From Synechocystis sp. PCC 6803 substr. PCC-P (GTDB lineage: Bacteria; Cyanobacteriota; Cyanobacteriia; Cyanobacteriales; Microcystaceae), in contig NC_017039.1 in NCBI RefSeq assembly GCF_000284455.1, forward strand, positions 1,320,001-1,352,000: 32,000 nucleotides of DNA. Reading direction: 5' to 3'. Every line of letters begins with the position of its first letter. Positions within the stretch are counted from its first letter, which is position 1. The notes under the pieces are model-generated. The model was given only the letters and a program-made list of their open reading frames with translations. It was not told where the DNA came from and made no database searches. Below are positions 9,137-18,682 of the stretch, piece by piece. A program made the position numbers and the translations under genes.

Positions 9137-9907
9137 ATGGAATTAACAATCGGCTGGCTTTATCCCAAACTCATGAGCACCTACGGCGATCGGGGCAATG
9201 TCATTTGCATCCAACGTCGTTGTCAATGGCGGGATATCCCTGTGAAAATTCTGCCCCTGGAACAGACCAGCGAGGCGGCACTGTTTCTCCAAGCCGACTT
9301 AATTGTGGGGGGCGGGGCCCAGGATCGCCAACAGGAAATTGTCATGCGGGATTTGCAAGGATCCAAAGCAGAGGCGCTGAAAAATCAGTTAGACGATGGC
9401 ATTCCCGGAGTATTCACCTGTGGTTCTCCCCAACTGCTGGGGCATTATTACGAGCCTGCCTTAGGGCAACGCATTCAGGGTTTGGGACTGCTGGATATGG
9501 TCAGTAAACATCCAGGACCAGAAGCAAAACGCTGCATTGGTAACGTAGTGTTTGAAATTACCGCTGAACCCCTCCGGCAAGAATTACAGGCTATGACCGG
9601 GGAAACTCCCATTGTCATTGGCTTTGAAAACCATGGCGGCCGCACCTATCTCCAAACCGTTTCTCCCCTGGGTAAGGTTAAAACCGGCTATGGCAACAAC
9701 GGCGAAGATGGCTTTGAGGGGGCTTTCCACCAAAAGGCGATCGCCACTTACTCCCATGGCCCTCTGTTGCCCAAAAATCCCTTTTTAGCTGATTGGTTAA
9801 TCCGCACGGCGTTGGAGAAGAAGTATCAGGATTCGGTGCAGTTAACTCCCTTGGATGACTGCCTCGCCCAACAAGCCCGCGCCGCCATGCTCAAACGGCT
9901 AGAATAG
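9137..9907 (+). CDS. CobB/CobQ-like type 1 glutamine amidotransferase (GatD-like)
   Basis: 256 aa: LTIGWLYPKLMSTYGDRGNVICIQRRCQWR, LIVGGGAQDRQQ, nucleophile region GVFTCGSPQLLGHYY, and GFENHGGRTYL. Confidence 0.82.
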   Translation: MELTIGWLYPKLMSTYGDRGNVICIQRRCQWRDIPVKILPLEQTSEAALFLQADLIVGGGAQDRQQEIVMRDLQGSKAEALKNQLDDGIPGVFTCGSPQLLGHYYEPALGQRIQGLGLLDMVSKHPGPEAKRCIGNVVFEITAEPLRQELQAMTGETPIVIGFENHGGRTYLQTVSPLGKVKTGYGNNGEDGFEGAFHQKAIATYSHGPLLPKNPFLADWLIRTALEKKYQDSVQLTPLDDCLAQQARAAMLKRLE

Positions 9908-9914
9908 GAGCAAT

Positions 9915-11171
9915 TTGATTACAAAATGTAACAAGCCCTCACCACTGGCAGAGATTATGACGGACGCTCGACCACGGATTTGTATTTTAGGGGGAGGATT
10001 TGGCGGACTTTACACCGCTCTACGCCTCGGTCAACTATCCTGGGAGGGCCATACCCCACCGGAAATTGTCCTCGTCGACCAACGGGATCGGTTTTTATTT
10101 GCCCCTTTCCTCTACGAACTGGTAACAGAGGAAATGCAAACTTGGGAAATTGCCCCTCCTTTTGTAGAACTTTTAGCGGAATCGGGGGTAATTTTTCGTC
10201 AGGCGGAAGTGACCGCCATTGATTTTGACCACCAAAAAGTGTTGTTAAATGACCAGGACAAGGGCACCGAAAGTTTAGCGTTTGATCAGTTAGTCATTGC
10301 CCTGGGGGGCCAAACTCCCCTGCCAAATCTGCCGGGGCTAAAGGATTATGGTTTGGGATTCCGCACCCTGGAAGATGCCTATAAACTCAAGCAAAAATTA
10401 AAATCACTGGAACAAGCCGACGCAGAGAAAATTCGTATTGCTATTGTTGGTGGGGGCTACAGCGGGGTGGAATTAGCGGCCAAACTCGGCGATCGCCTAG
10501 GGGAACGGGGCCGCATCCGCATTATTGAGCGGGGCAAAGAAATTTTAGCCATGTCCCCGGAGTTCAATCGTCAACAGGCCCAGGCCAGTCTTTCCGCCAA
10601 GGGAATTTGGGTGGATACGGAAACCACCGTTACCGCCATCACCGCCACCGATGTCACCCTCCAGTTCCGAGAGCAGGAAGATGTAATTCCAGTGGACTTG
10701 GTGCTTTGGACTGTGGGCACCACCGTTTCTCCTTTGATTCGTAATTTAGCCCTGCCCCATAACGACCAAGGCCAGCTTAGAACCAATGCCCAACTACAGG
10801 TGGAAGGAAAAACTAACATTTTTGCCTTGGGGGACGGAGCCGAAGGTCGGGATGCTAGTGGACAATTAATTCCCACCACGGCCCAAGGAGCCTTCCAACA
10901 GACGGACTATTGTGCCTGGAACATTTGGGCTAACTTAACCGGCCGTCCCCTGCTGCCCTGTCGTTATCAACCCCTAGGGGAAATGTTGGCCCTGGGCACC
11001 GATGGCGCTGTGCTGAGTGGTTTGGGCATTAAATTAAGTGGCCCCGCCGCCTTGTTGGCTCGTCGTTTGGTCTATCTCTACCGTTTTCCCACTTGGCAAC
11101 ATCAACTGACTGTGGGCTTGAATTGGCTGACCCGCCCCCTGGGGGATTGGCTCAAAAATGAACCTTCCTGA
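9915..11171 (+). CDS. ndbB: Type II NAD(P)H dehydrogenase, NdbB-like
   Basis: 418 aa; ICILGGGFGGLYTALRL (FAD Rossmann), IAIVGGGYSGVELAAKL (NAD site), LGDGAE. The likely start may be the internal MTDARPRICILGGG. Confidence 0.88.
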   Translation: MITKCNKPSPLAEIMTDARPRICILGGGFGGLYTALRLGQLSWEGHTPPEIVLVDQRDRFLFAPFLYELVTEEMQTWEIAPPFVELLAESGVIFRQAEVTAIDFDHQKVLLNDQDKGTESLAFDQLVIALGGQTPLPNLPGLKDYGLGFRTLEDAYKLKQKLKSLEQADAEKIRIAIVGGGYSGVELAAKLGDRLGERGRIRIIERGKEILAMSPEFNRQQAQASLSAKGIWVDTETTVTAITATDVTLQFREQEDVIPVDLVLWTVGTTVSPLIRNLALPHNDQGQLRTNAQLQVEGKTNIFALGDGAEGRDASGQLIPTTAQGAFQQTDYCAWNIWANLTGRPLLPCRYQPLGEMLALGTDGAVLSGLGIKLSGPAALLARRLVYLYRFPTWQHQLTVGLNWLTRPLGDWLKNEPS

Positions 11172-11455
11172 GGGAAACGTCGTCTAAAAAACCTGCCTTC
11201 CCTGGCGATCGCCGAAATGGTGGCTGGGGGGAAAGGGCTGCTCGGGGCCCGAAAGGCTCTGCTTGCTTGCTTTGGGAACTGTATTGCGGTTACTATCTCC
11301 CAAGACTATACGCCACACCGTTTTGATTAATGTTCCCGTTGGCGGCGGCCCCTAACAATCCGCTGAATGGCCTATTACCACCCCCATGCCCTAGACGGGT
11401 CATCCGGGGGAAGGCAACAGGTTGGTTTAGCGGTTTATTGAGTTGAGAAGTCCCT

Positions 11456-13405
11456 ATGTCAAGATTGCCTGGTTTTGCTCTTACCTTTCTGTCGGTCTTG
11501 TTAACCAGTCTGCCAGCCATGGCGGGGCAGTTAGTTAACTGGAATTTCAATGCGTCCCAGAATCGGCTGACTTTCTACACCGATTCCCGGGTTCAGCCCA
11601 CAGCCCAACTGATCCCCAATCCCACCCGCATTGTGGTGGATTTGCCCGGTACAACCTTGAGGGGCCCCACCGTCAGGCAAGCTGGAGGGGGAAGGGTAAG
11701 GGAAATTCGCATCGGTGAACCGGATAGTTTTACCACCAGGGTGGTGATTGAACTGGATGCGGGCTACACCGTTGATCCCCAACAGGTTAAAGTCCGGGGC
11801 ATTACCCCGACTCAATGGGTGGTGGAATTACCTACCCCAGAATTGGCTCCCGCCAGCAACAATAATGCCCCTGGTCCCAATCCCGACGGATCTTCTCTGC
11901 CTACTCAGAATTTGAGTGCCGCTAACCCCCCCAGCACCGGTCAGCAGTACTTACAGGTCACTGGCAACGGACTTTTTGTGCGTCTGGATAAAAATGGCGA
12001 TAACAGTGGTATCCGCATCCAACCCAATGCTCGCCAATCCACGGTTAACTTTGAGCTCAATGGGGCGGTGCTGCCAGAAAGTTTGGTGGGGCAGTCTTTG
12101 CCCGTGGGACAATACGGTGTTGAAGAAATTAAGTTTTCCGATAATCCCAATAATCCCCGCCTTTCCCTGGCCCTGGCGGACAGTGGGGGCGGCTGGAATG
12201 CTTACTATAGTCGGGTTGGGGGAGGCGTAGTGCTGCTCCCAAAGCAGATTAGCCGGTCTGGGGGGGCTAACCCAGCGCCTGGATCGGCGGCCGTTCCGGT
12301 CAGTAACAACACTTCCAATTCTTCCCCTAGTTCTTCTGGTAATAGAAGCCCTAATGATCGCCTAGTAAGTCAGGCTTCCAACCGCAATCTCGCCAATATC
12401 ACTGCCATTGAAGTGACCAGGGATGATAGCCAATTGATCATCCGGGGCGATCGCCAAATTAATGCTAGGGGGAATTTCAATCGTTTAACCGGTAACTACG
12501 AAATTCGTTTAGACCGGGCCCAACTGTCTCCCCAGTTCCAAAGTCCAGAGTTGGCCACTGGGGGCCCCCTTTATCAGCTTAATATTAGTCAGGAAACGAA
12601 CGATTCAGTTTTAATTCTGGTCCGGCCCAACACTGGCCGTCGCTTTGGCCGTCTGTTCCGTTCTGGGGGCAGTCTTTATGCCCTGGAATTGATCTCCGAT
12701 ACCACTGCCAGTCGTCCTACGGGAAATTTACCTGCTAACAATCCACCCAGAGGGAATAGCGGGGATCAAATCTCCATTGCTGTCCAGCCCCCGCCGGCCA
12801 ATGCCACCCCCAGTTTTCCCCCGGAGTGGAGCAATCCCCCTGCCGGTAATTTACCATCCGTTCCTCGGGGAGGCCGTTTGGTGGTGGTGGATCCCGGCCA
12901 TGGAGGTAAGGATCCCGGGGCGATAGGTATCCGAGGCGTGCAAGAAAAAGATGTAGTCCTGGCTGTTTCCCAATACTTGCAACGATATTTGGAGCAACAG
13001 GGGGTCCGGGTGTTGATGACCCGCACGGGGGATTATTTCATTAGCCTCCAGGGCCGTACCGACATGGCCAACCGAGCCGGAGCGGATTTATTTGTCAGTA
13101 TTCACGCCAACTCCATGGGCATGGGCCGTCCCGATGTGAATGGTTTTGAGATTTATTACCATGGTAATGCAGGTCTATCCCAAGCAATCCATCGCAATGT
13201 GGTTAATTCCCTGAATGTGCGGGACCGCCGGGTACGCCAGGCTCGATTCTACGTTCTACGGAATTCCCGCATGCCCTCCACCCTAGTGGAAATGGGCTTT
13301 GTCACCGGCAATGAAGACAATTACAAACTTACGGATCCCAATTTTCAGCAACAGATGGCCCAGGCGATCGCCAGGGGAGTTTTGGAGTATCTGCAACAAA
13401 GGTAG
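11456..13405 (+). CDS. amiC: N-acetylmuramoyl-L-alanine amidase with AMIN domain(s)
   Basis: 649 aa; signal peptide, AMIN-like repeats, C-terminal Amidase_3 domain with VVVDPGHGGKDPGAIG and LVEMGFVTGNEDN. Confidence 0.9.
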   Translation: MSRLPGFALTFLSVLLTSLPAMAGQLVNWNFNASQNRLTFYTDSRVQPTAQLIPNPTRIVVDLPGTTLRGPTVRQAGGGRVREIRIGEPDSFTTRVVIELDAGYTVDPQQVKVRGITPTQWVVELPTPELAPASNNNAPGPNPDGSSLPTQNLSAANPPSTGQQYLQVTGNGLFVRLDKNGDNSGIRIQPNARQSTVNFELNGAVLPESLVGQSLPVGQYGVEEIKFSDNPNNPRLSLALADSGGGWNAYYSRVGGGVVLLPKQISRSGGANPAPGSAAVPVSNNTSNSSPSSSGNRSPNDRLVSQASNRNLANITAIEVTRDDSQLIIRGDRQINARGNFNRLTGNYEIRLDRAQLSPQFQSPELATGGPLYQLNISQETNDSVLILVRPNTGRRFGRLFRSGGSLYALELISDTTASRPTGNLPANNPPRGNSGDQISIAVQPPPANATPSFPPEWSNPPAGNLPSVPRGGRLVVVDPGHGGKDPGAIGIRGVQEKDVVLAVSQYLQRYLEQQGVRVLMTRTGDYFISLQGRTDMANRAGADLFVSIHANSMGMGRPDVNGFEIYYHGNAGLSQAIHRNVVNSLNVRDRRVRQARFYVLRNSRMPSTLVEMGFVTGNEDNYKLTDPNFQQQMAQAIARGVLEYLQQR

Positions 13406-13548
13406 GACTTATTCGTCCATAGAATTCAAATTCAGAGAAACTTGACTTATATGAAGGATATGGTGACCAAAACCTATTTACTTCATCTATTATTCGTGTT
13501 TCAATGACAAGCATCTTTCCTTAATTAACAGGTATAGTTCCATACAAA

Positions 13549-14388
13549 ATGCGTGAGCCCCAGCGTAGCCGAATTGGCGTTTTTGATAGTGGTGTGGGTG
13601 GGTTAACCGTTCTACGTGAGCTGTATCGACAATTACCTAAAGAGTCAATTCTTTATTTTGGCGATACGGCACGGCTACCTTACGGCAAAAGATCCCCGCA
13701 AGTAATCCTCCAATATGTCCGGGAAATCCTTACTTGGATGGCAGCAGAGGAAGTGAAAATGGTAATCATGGCCTGCAACACCAGTTCTGCTCTGGCCCTG
13801 GAAACCGTGCAACAGGAATTCAATATGCCAATTTTGGGAGTGATTCTCCCCGGGGCCCGGGCGGCAGTGCGTCAAGGTCGGCGCATCGGTGTTATTTCTA
13901 CCCCCGCCACTGCGGCCAGCAACGCCTATCGCCATGCCATCCACGAGATCACCCCTGATGCATTGGTCTGGCAAATGGCCTGCCCAGAATTTGTGCCCCT
14001 AATTGAGCAAAACCGCCTCCATGACCCCTACACCCTAGAGGTGGCCAAGGGCTATTTACAACCCCTTCTGGATGCAGACATTGACACCCTGGTATTTGGT
14101 TGTACCCACTATCGTCATTTAACCCCCGTCTTTCAGCAGATTTTGCCTTCCCATATCCGCCTAGTAGACCCGGCCAGCCATGTGGTCAAAGCGGCCCGTC
14201 AGGAATTGGAAGTGATGGGACTGCGGAATTCGGAAATGTCCATTGCCACCCGTTTCACTGTCAGTGGCTGCCCCCAACAGTTTGCGGAGCTTTCCCACCA
14301 ATGGCTCGGTTTTACCCCCATGGTGGAAAAAATTTCCTTGCCCTGCTTGAGTTCAATTTGCCCCCAACCCTTGGAAATACGAGAGTAG
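13549..14388 (+). CDS. murI: Glutamate racemase
   Basis: 279 aa; IGVFDSGVGGLTVLREL, MACNTSSALAL and LVFGCTHYRHL motifs. Confidence 0.96.
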   Translation: MREPQRSRIGVFDSGVGGLTVLRELYRQLPKESILYFGDTARLPYGKRSPQVILQYVREILTWMAAEEVKMVIMACNTSSALALETVQQEFNMPILGVILPGARAAVRQGRRIGVISTPATAASNAYRHAIHEITPDALVWQMACPEFVPLIEQNRLHDPYTLEVAKGYLQPLLDADIDTLVFGCTHYRHLTPVFQQILPSHIRLVDPASHVVKAARQELEVMGLRNSEMSIATRFTVSGCPQQFAELSHQWLGFTPMVEKISLPCLSSICPQPLEIRE

Positions 14389-14461
14389 AATACTAGTCAG
14401 ATTCCGGTATTCCTGCTTGCCCGATGGCTCGGGATTCCTGAACTAATAACTCCAATAACGG

Positions 14462-14503
14462 CGATCGCCATGCTCAACTTTTTGCGAGAGGCGGTCGTTT
14501 TTT
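14462..14503 (+). terminator. Candidate intrinsic terminator downstream of murI
   Basis: CGATCGCC (14462-14469) pairs with GGCGGTCG (14490-14497) over 8 bp with one G-U, followed by TTTTTT (14498-14503). Confidence 0.6.
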
Positions 14504-14597
14504 AATGGAGCCAAAGACTGGAAATAATCGTTACAATTCTTAATAATTCACCAATGGTTATGGCTGTGCCCTGACTGAGAATCCACTAATTCTTCCT

Positions 14598-16007
14598 ATG
14601 ACCAGTTTGTTAACCTCCTCTGCCCAAGCTCCAGTTGCCAACGCTCCCTTTCCAGCAGGGGGACTAGACCAAAGCAAATTTGATTGTCGGGCCGTGTGGT
14701 ATCCCCTGGCTTACGAGGAGGATTTGGACAAACGCAAACCAACTCGTTTTACCCTGCTGGGAGAAGATTTGGTGATCTGGTGGGAAGCGAATAGTCAACA
14801 ATGGCGGGTTTACGCCGATCAATGTCCCCACCGTTTGGCCCCCCTTTCGGAAGGTAGGATTAACAAGGCTGGCCAGTTGGAATGTCCTTACCACGGTTGG
14901 ACTTTTGCGGGATCAGGGCAATGTCAAGCGATTCCTCAACAACATACCGGAGGCCAAGCCCACACCAGTAAACGGGCCTGTGTGCGTTCCCTGCCAACCC
15001 AAGTGGCTCAAGGTTTGCTCTTTGCTTTTCCTGGGGAAACTGATCAAGCAGAAAAAGTTGCCCTCCCCTTGGTGGATGTGTTGGATGGGGATCAGTCTGA
15101 ATGGGTTTGTCTCAATACTTTTCGGGATTTGCCCTACGACGCCTTTACCCTGATGGAAAATGTGTTGGATTCGAGCCATATTCCCTACACCCACCATAAA
15201 ACCGTTGGTAAACGCAGTAACGTTAGTCCGGTGGATTTGGAGATTATCCATGGCGATCGTCAGGGATTTACCGGCATTTGGGAAGAGGGACCAAGAAAAG
15301 GTACGTTGGGCAAGCAAACCACCACTTTCATTGCGCCGGGGTTGATGTGGCATGATTTAACTTCAAAGCAATTTGGTCGAACTTTAACGGTGGTTTACGC
15401 TACTCCGATTCGCCCAGGGGAGTGTCGTTTATTCGCCCGTTTTCCTTTTAAATTTCCTAGTAAGTTTCCCCGGTTAGTAATTGGTTTCACGCCCCGTTGG
15501 TATTCCCATTTAGGACAAAACCGGGTGTTGGAAGATGACCAAATTTTTCTCCATTTCCAAGAAAGATTTGTGCAGGGCAAAGGCGGATCGCCCAATTATG
15601 AAAAAGATTGTTACTTACCCACTAAAGCAGATTTGTTTGTGGCGGAATTTCACCGTTGGATTGAGCAATATCAAGTCAAACCCTTTGGGGATAGTCCGTT
15701 ACCTGATCGCCAATCGGTAGAGCAATTAATGGATCGTTACCATTCCCACACTGAACATTGCCACAGTTGCCGCAATGCCCTTGCTAACATTGAAAAAATT
15801 CAAACCGGGAGCCTCGCGATCGCCATTATCTGCTTGGTTTGCTTGCCAGTGGCTAGTTTAGGCTTAGCTCCTAATTTCGCTCTGGGATTGGGCTTGACAG
15901 TGTTGACTGGCTTAGGTTTTGCACTCTGGGCTGGTTTGGGCAAATTTAAACAATCTTTTTACCAAGGCAACCCCATTCCCCCAAGAAATATTCTTGATAA
16001 AGGCTAA
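14598..16007 (+). CDS. Rieske non-haem iron oxygenase, PAO/Lls1-like
   Basis: 469 aa; Rieske motif CPHRLAPLSEG...CPYHGWTF; mononuclear Fe region LDSSHIPYTHH; hydrophobic C-terminal segment IAIICLVCLPVASLGLAPNFALGLGLTVLTGLGFALWAGL. Confidence 0.88.
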   Translation: MTSLLTSSAQAPVANAPFPAGGLDQSKFDCRAVWYPLAYEEDLDKRKPTRFTLLGEDLVIWWEANSQQWRVYADQCPHRLAPLSEGRINKAGQLECPYHGWTFAGSGQCQAIPQQHTGGQAHTSKRACVRSLPTQVAQGLLFAFPGETDQAEKVALPLVDVLDGDQSEWVCLNTFRDLPYDAFTLMENVLDSSHIPYTHHKTVGKRSNVSPVDLEIIHGDRQGFTGIWEEGPRKGTLGKQTTTFIAPGLMWHDLTSKQFGRTLTVVYATPIRPGECRLFARFPFKFPSKFPRLVIGFTPRWYSHLGQNRVLEDDQIFLHFQERFVQGKGGSPNYEKDCYLPTKADLFVAEFHRWIEQYQVKPFGDSPLPDRQSVEQLMDRYHSHTEHCHSCRNALANIEKIQTGSLAIAIICLVCLPVASLGLAPNFALGLGLTVLTGLGFALWAGLGKFKQSFYQGNPIPPRNILDKG

Positions 16008-16118
16008 CTGCTTTTTTCTGTGATTAAAAACCTTTGCAATGGAGTATTGAGCATAATTTTATTGCCGAAAGTAAGACCATTAAACTGAATCTAAGAGCCT
16101 GTTTAAAAGCCCCCTTGA

Positions 16119-16134
16119 CCCCCAAATTTGGGGG
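16119..16134. repeat. Perfect 16-bp palindrome CCCCCAAATTTGGGGG
   Basis: Read directly in the slr1747-like/ndbA intergenic region, flanked by further CCCCC tracts. Confidence 0.6.
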
Positions 16135-16325
16135 GACACTGACTGAAAGTCCCCCAGTATTGCCGGAGCCTTAGTGAGTTAATTTAGAGGATGGAATAAA
16201 ACTTTCCAAACACGTTCCAACGTCAGGGTTTGGCCAAGAATAATCGATATCTTTGTAACAACCATTACCGGTAATCCCCAAGGAAATGATTACCATTAAC
16301 AAATCGTAATATTTTCGCCGTTGCT

Positions 16326-17663
16326 ATGAATTCCCCCACCTCTCCCCGTCGTCCCCATGTGGTTATTGTCGGGGGCGGCTTTGCCGGTCTTTACACTGCA
16401 AAAAATTTACGGCGATCGCCGGTGGATATTACCCTGATTGACAAACGGAATTTCCATCTTTTCCAACCTTTGTTGTACCAGGTGGCCACGGGTAGTCTTT
16501 CCCCAGCGGATATTGCTTCACCGTTGCGGGGAGTACTAAAGGGACAAAAAAATATTCGAGTGTTGATGGATAAGGTCATTGACATCGACCCCGATAAGCA
16601 AAAAGTGGTGTTGGAGGACCATGCCCCTATTGCCTACGACTGGCTGGTGGTGGCCACTGGGGTTAGTCATCATTACTTTGGCAATGACCATTGGGCTGCC
16701 CTGGCTCCGGGTTTAAAAACCATTGAAGATGCTTTGACCATACGCCAACGAATTTTTGCGGCTTTTGAAGCGGCGGAAAAGGAAAGTAATCCAGAAAGAC
16801 AACAGGCTTGGTTAACCTTTGTCATTGTCGGGGCGGGGCCCACCGGGGTGGAATTGGCAGGGGCGATCGCCGAAATTGCCCATAGTTCCCTCAAGGATAA
16901 TTTTCATCGCATAGACACTAGGCAGGCAAAAATTTTGCTCATTGAAGGGGTTGATCGAGTACTGCCTCCCTACAAACCCCAATTATCGGCCAGGGCCCAA
17001 CGGGATTTGGAAGACCTAGGGGTAACGGTGTTGACTGAAAGAATGGTGACTGACATTAACCCGGAACAGGTGACGGTGCATAACAACGGCCAAACTGAAA
17101 CCATTGTGACAAAAACGGTGCTCTGGGGCGCTGGGGTCAGGGCTTCTAGCCTCGGTAAAATCATTGGCGATCGCACTGGGGCCGAGTTAGACCGGGCCGG
17201 TCGGGTAGTGGTCAACCCGGATTTGAGTGTGGCCAGTTTTGATAATATATTTGTCCTGGGGGATTTGGCTAATTATTCCCACCAAGGTGATCAACCCCTA
17301 CCCGGTGTGGCCCCCGTGGCTATGCAGGAAGCAGCTTATTTATCCAAACTCATTCCTGCCCGGTTAGCGGAAAAAGAACAAATCATGGTTCCTTTTCGCT
17401 ACATTGACTACGGTAGTCTAGCGGTGATTGGTCAGAATAAAGCGGTGGTTGACCTTGGTTTTGCCCAATTTACCGGCTTGGTGGCTTGGATGATCTGGGT
17501 TTGGGCCCACGTTTATTACCTGATTGAATTCGACAATAAACTAATTGTCATGTTGCAATGGGGTTGGAATTATTTCACCAGAGGCCGGGGGGCCCGACTC
17601 ATCACCGATACCCCCAATCCCCAGAGCACTTCCACCGTGCAGAAGGAACTAGTGCGCCCCTAG
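16326..17663 (+). CDS. ndbA: Type II NAD(P)H dehydrogenase, NdbA-like
   Basis: 445 aa; VVIVGGGFAGLYTAKNL, FVIVGAGPTGVELAGAIAE, FVLGDLA. Confidence 0.9.
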   Translation: MNSPTSPRRPHVVIVGGGFAGLYTAKNLRRSPVDITLIDKRNFHLFQPLLYQVATGSLSPADIASPLRGVLKGQKNIRVLMDKVIDIDPDKQKVVLEDHAPIAYDWLVVATGVSHHYFGNDHWAALAPGLKTIEDALTIRQRIFAAFEAAEKESNPERQQAWLTFVIVGAGPTGVELAGAIAEIAHSSLKDNFHRIDTRQAKILLIEGVDRVLPPYKPQLSARAQRDLEDLGVTVLTERMVTDINPEQVTVHNNGQTETIVTKTVLWGAGVRASSLGKIIGDRTGAELDRAGRVVVNPDLSVASFDNIFVLGDLANYSHQGDQPLPGVAPVAMQEAAYLSKLIPARLAEKEQIMVPFRYIDYGSLAVIGQNKAVVDLGFAQFTGLVAWMIWVWAHVYYLIEFDNKLIVMLQWGWNYFTRGRGARLITDTPNPQSTSTVQKELVRP

Positions 17664-17753
17664 AGTTTAATTTCGGTAAACCCCACCATAGCTTGAGCAA
17701 ACAATGGCTTAAACTGTGGAAAATAAGGCTATGGGCCCGAGCCTGGGAAAATA

Positions 17754-18182
17754 ATGTTACACTTCGCCCAAATTACCATTGACCAGCAGGGAAATTGTCA
17801 TCAACTAACGGTTTTGGCCAGTTGCCAGAATCATCAGTGTTGGCAAAGGAGCAACTTTACCCTGCCCCTGGGCAACCCAGACCATTGGACTGAGGGGTCT
17901 TTGGTGTTGGTTCAAACCGATGCCGACCAGCAAGTAGAACAAATTCGGGATGGGCTGGACTGGCTACTGGAAATTTTGGAAATTGTCCCCAATGCCAATG
18001 GTTTTTCCTCGGATCAAGCTCTTTCCTCTTTGGTAAAACAGGAAAAGAGGAGGGTAGAAGCTTGGCGTCAGGAAATGGCCGCTAAAAATCTAGATTTGAC
18101 TAAGCGACAAATTGAGCTGGAAACCCAACGGCAACAACTGAAAGAATTGGAATTAAAACTGCAAGAGCAGGTAAAAACTTGA
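17754..18182 (+). CDS. Conserved hypothetical protein with C-terminal coiled coil
   Basis: 142 aa; Cys pairs near the N-terminus and a charged helical C-terminus. The stop overlaps the next start. Confidence 0.7.
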   Translation: MLHFAQITIDQQGNCHQLTVLASCQNHQCWQRSNFTLPLGNPDHWTEGSLVLVQTDADQQVEQIRDGLDWLLEILEIVPNANGFSSDQALSSLVKQEKRRVEAWRQEMAAKNLDLTKRQIELETQRQQLKELELKLQEQVKT

Positions 18183-18658
18183 TGGTTTCGCTTCTTGGCC
18201 CCAAATATGATCTTTTTTGGCCCCACAGGGAAGAACTGCCCCAGTTTGCCCAGTTAGACCAGCAATGTTTGGGGGGCATGTGGACGTTAGCGGGTTACGA
18301 GCGGGAATGGGACAGTGACCACAGTGTTCTGTTGGGAATTCGTTTAATAGCCAGGGGGAACTTGGTGGCCATGGGGGCATTTTGGCAAATTTTAGAAGAA
18401 GCCCACATCACTTTGTTAGCTGTGGCCCAGGCCCATCGCCGGCAGGGATTGGGAAAAATCCTTCTTCAGAACCTCTTAGCAACGGCGGAACACCGACAAT
18501 TGGAAAGGGCTACTTTGGAAGTGAGGGCATCCAATCAGGCTGCCATGGACCTTTACCATCAATTTGGGTTTCAGTTGGCGGGGTGCAGAAAACGTTATTA
18601 CCCCGATGGGGAGGATGCCCTAATTCTCTGGAAAAACCATTTGAGCTCCCCTGCCTAG
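18179..18658 (+). CDS. rimI: GNAT acetyltransferase, ribosomal-protein-alanine acetyltransferase-like
   Basis: 159 aa; LLAVAQAHRRQGLGKILLQNLLATAEHRQLERATLEVRASNQAAMDLYHQFGFQLAGCRKRYY is a clear RimI-type core. ATGA overlap with the upstream CDS. Confidence 0.87.
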   Translation: MMVSLLGPKYDLFWPHREELPQFAQLDQQCLGGMWTLAGYEREWDSDHSVLLGIRLIARGNLVAMGAFWQILEEAHITLLAVAQAHRRQGLGKILLQNLLATAEHRQLERATLEVRASNQAAMDLYHQFGFQLAGCRKRYYPDGEDALILWKNHLSSPA

Positions 18659-18682
18659 TAACAAGCTAGGGAAAACGGCACA

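Noticed and set aside
11180-11455. Possible structured element between ndbB and amiC (AGGGAA...TTCCCT)
   Set aside because: Short 6-bp stem with a loop of about 20 nt and no T tract; not distinguishable from chance.
15395-15595. Minus-strand ORFs opposite the Rieske oxygenase (also 14664-14894, 14913-15353)
   Set aside because: Shadow ORFs antisense to a well-supported CDS, with no motifs.
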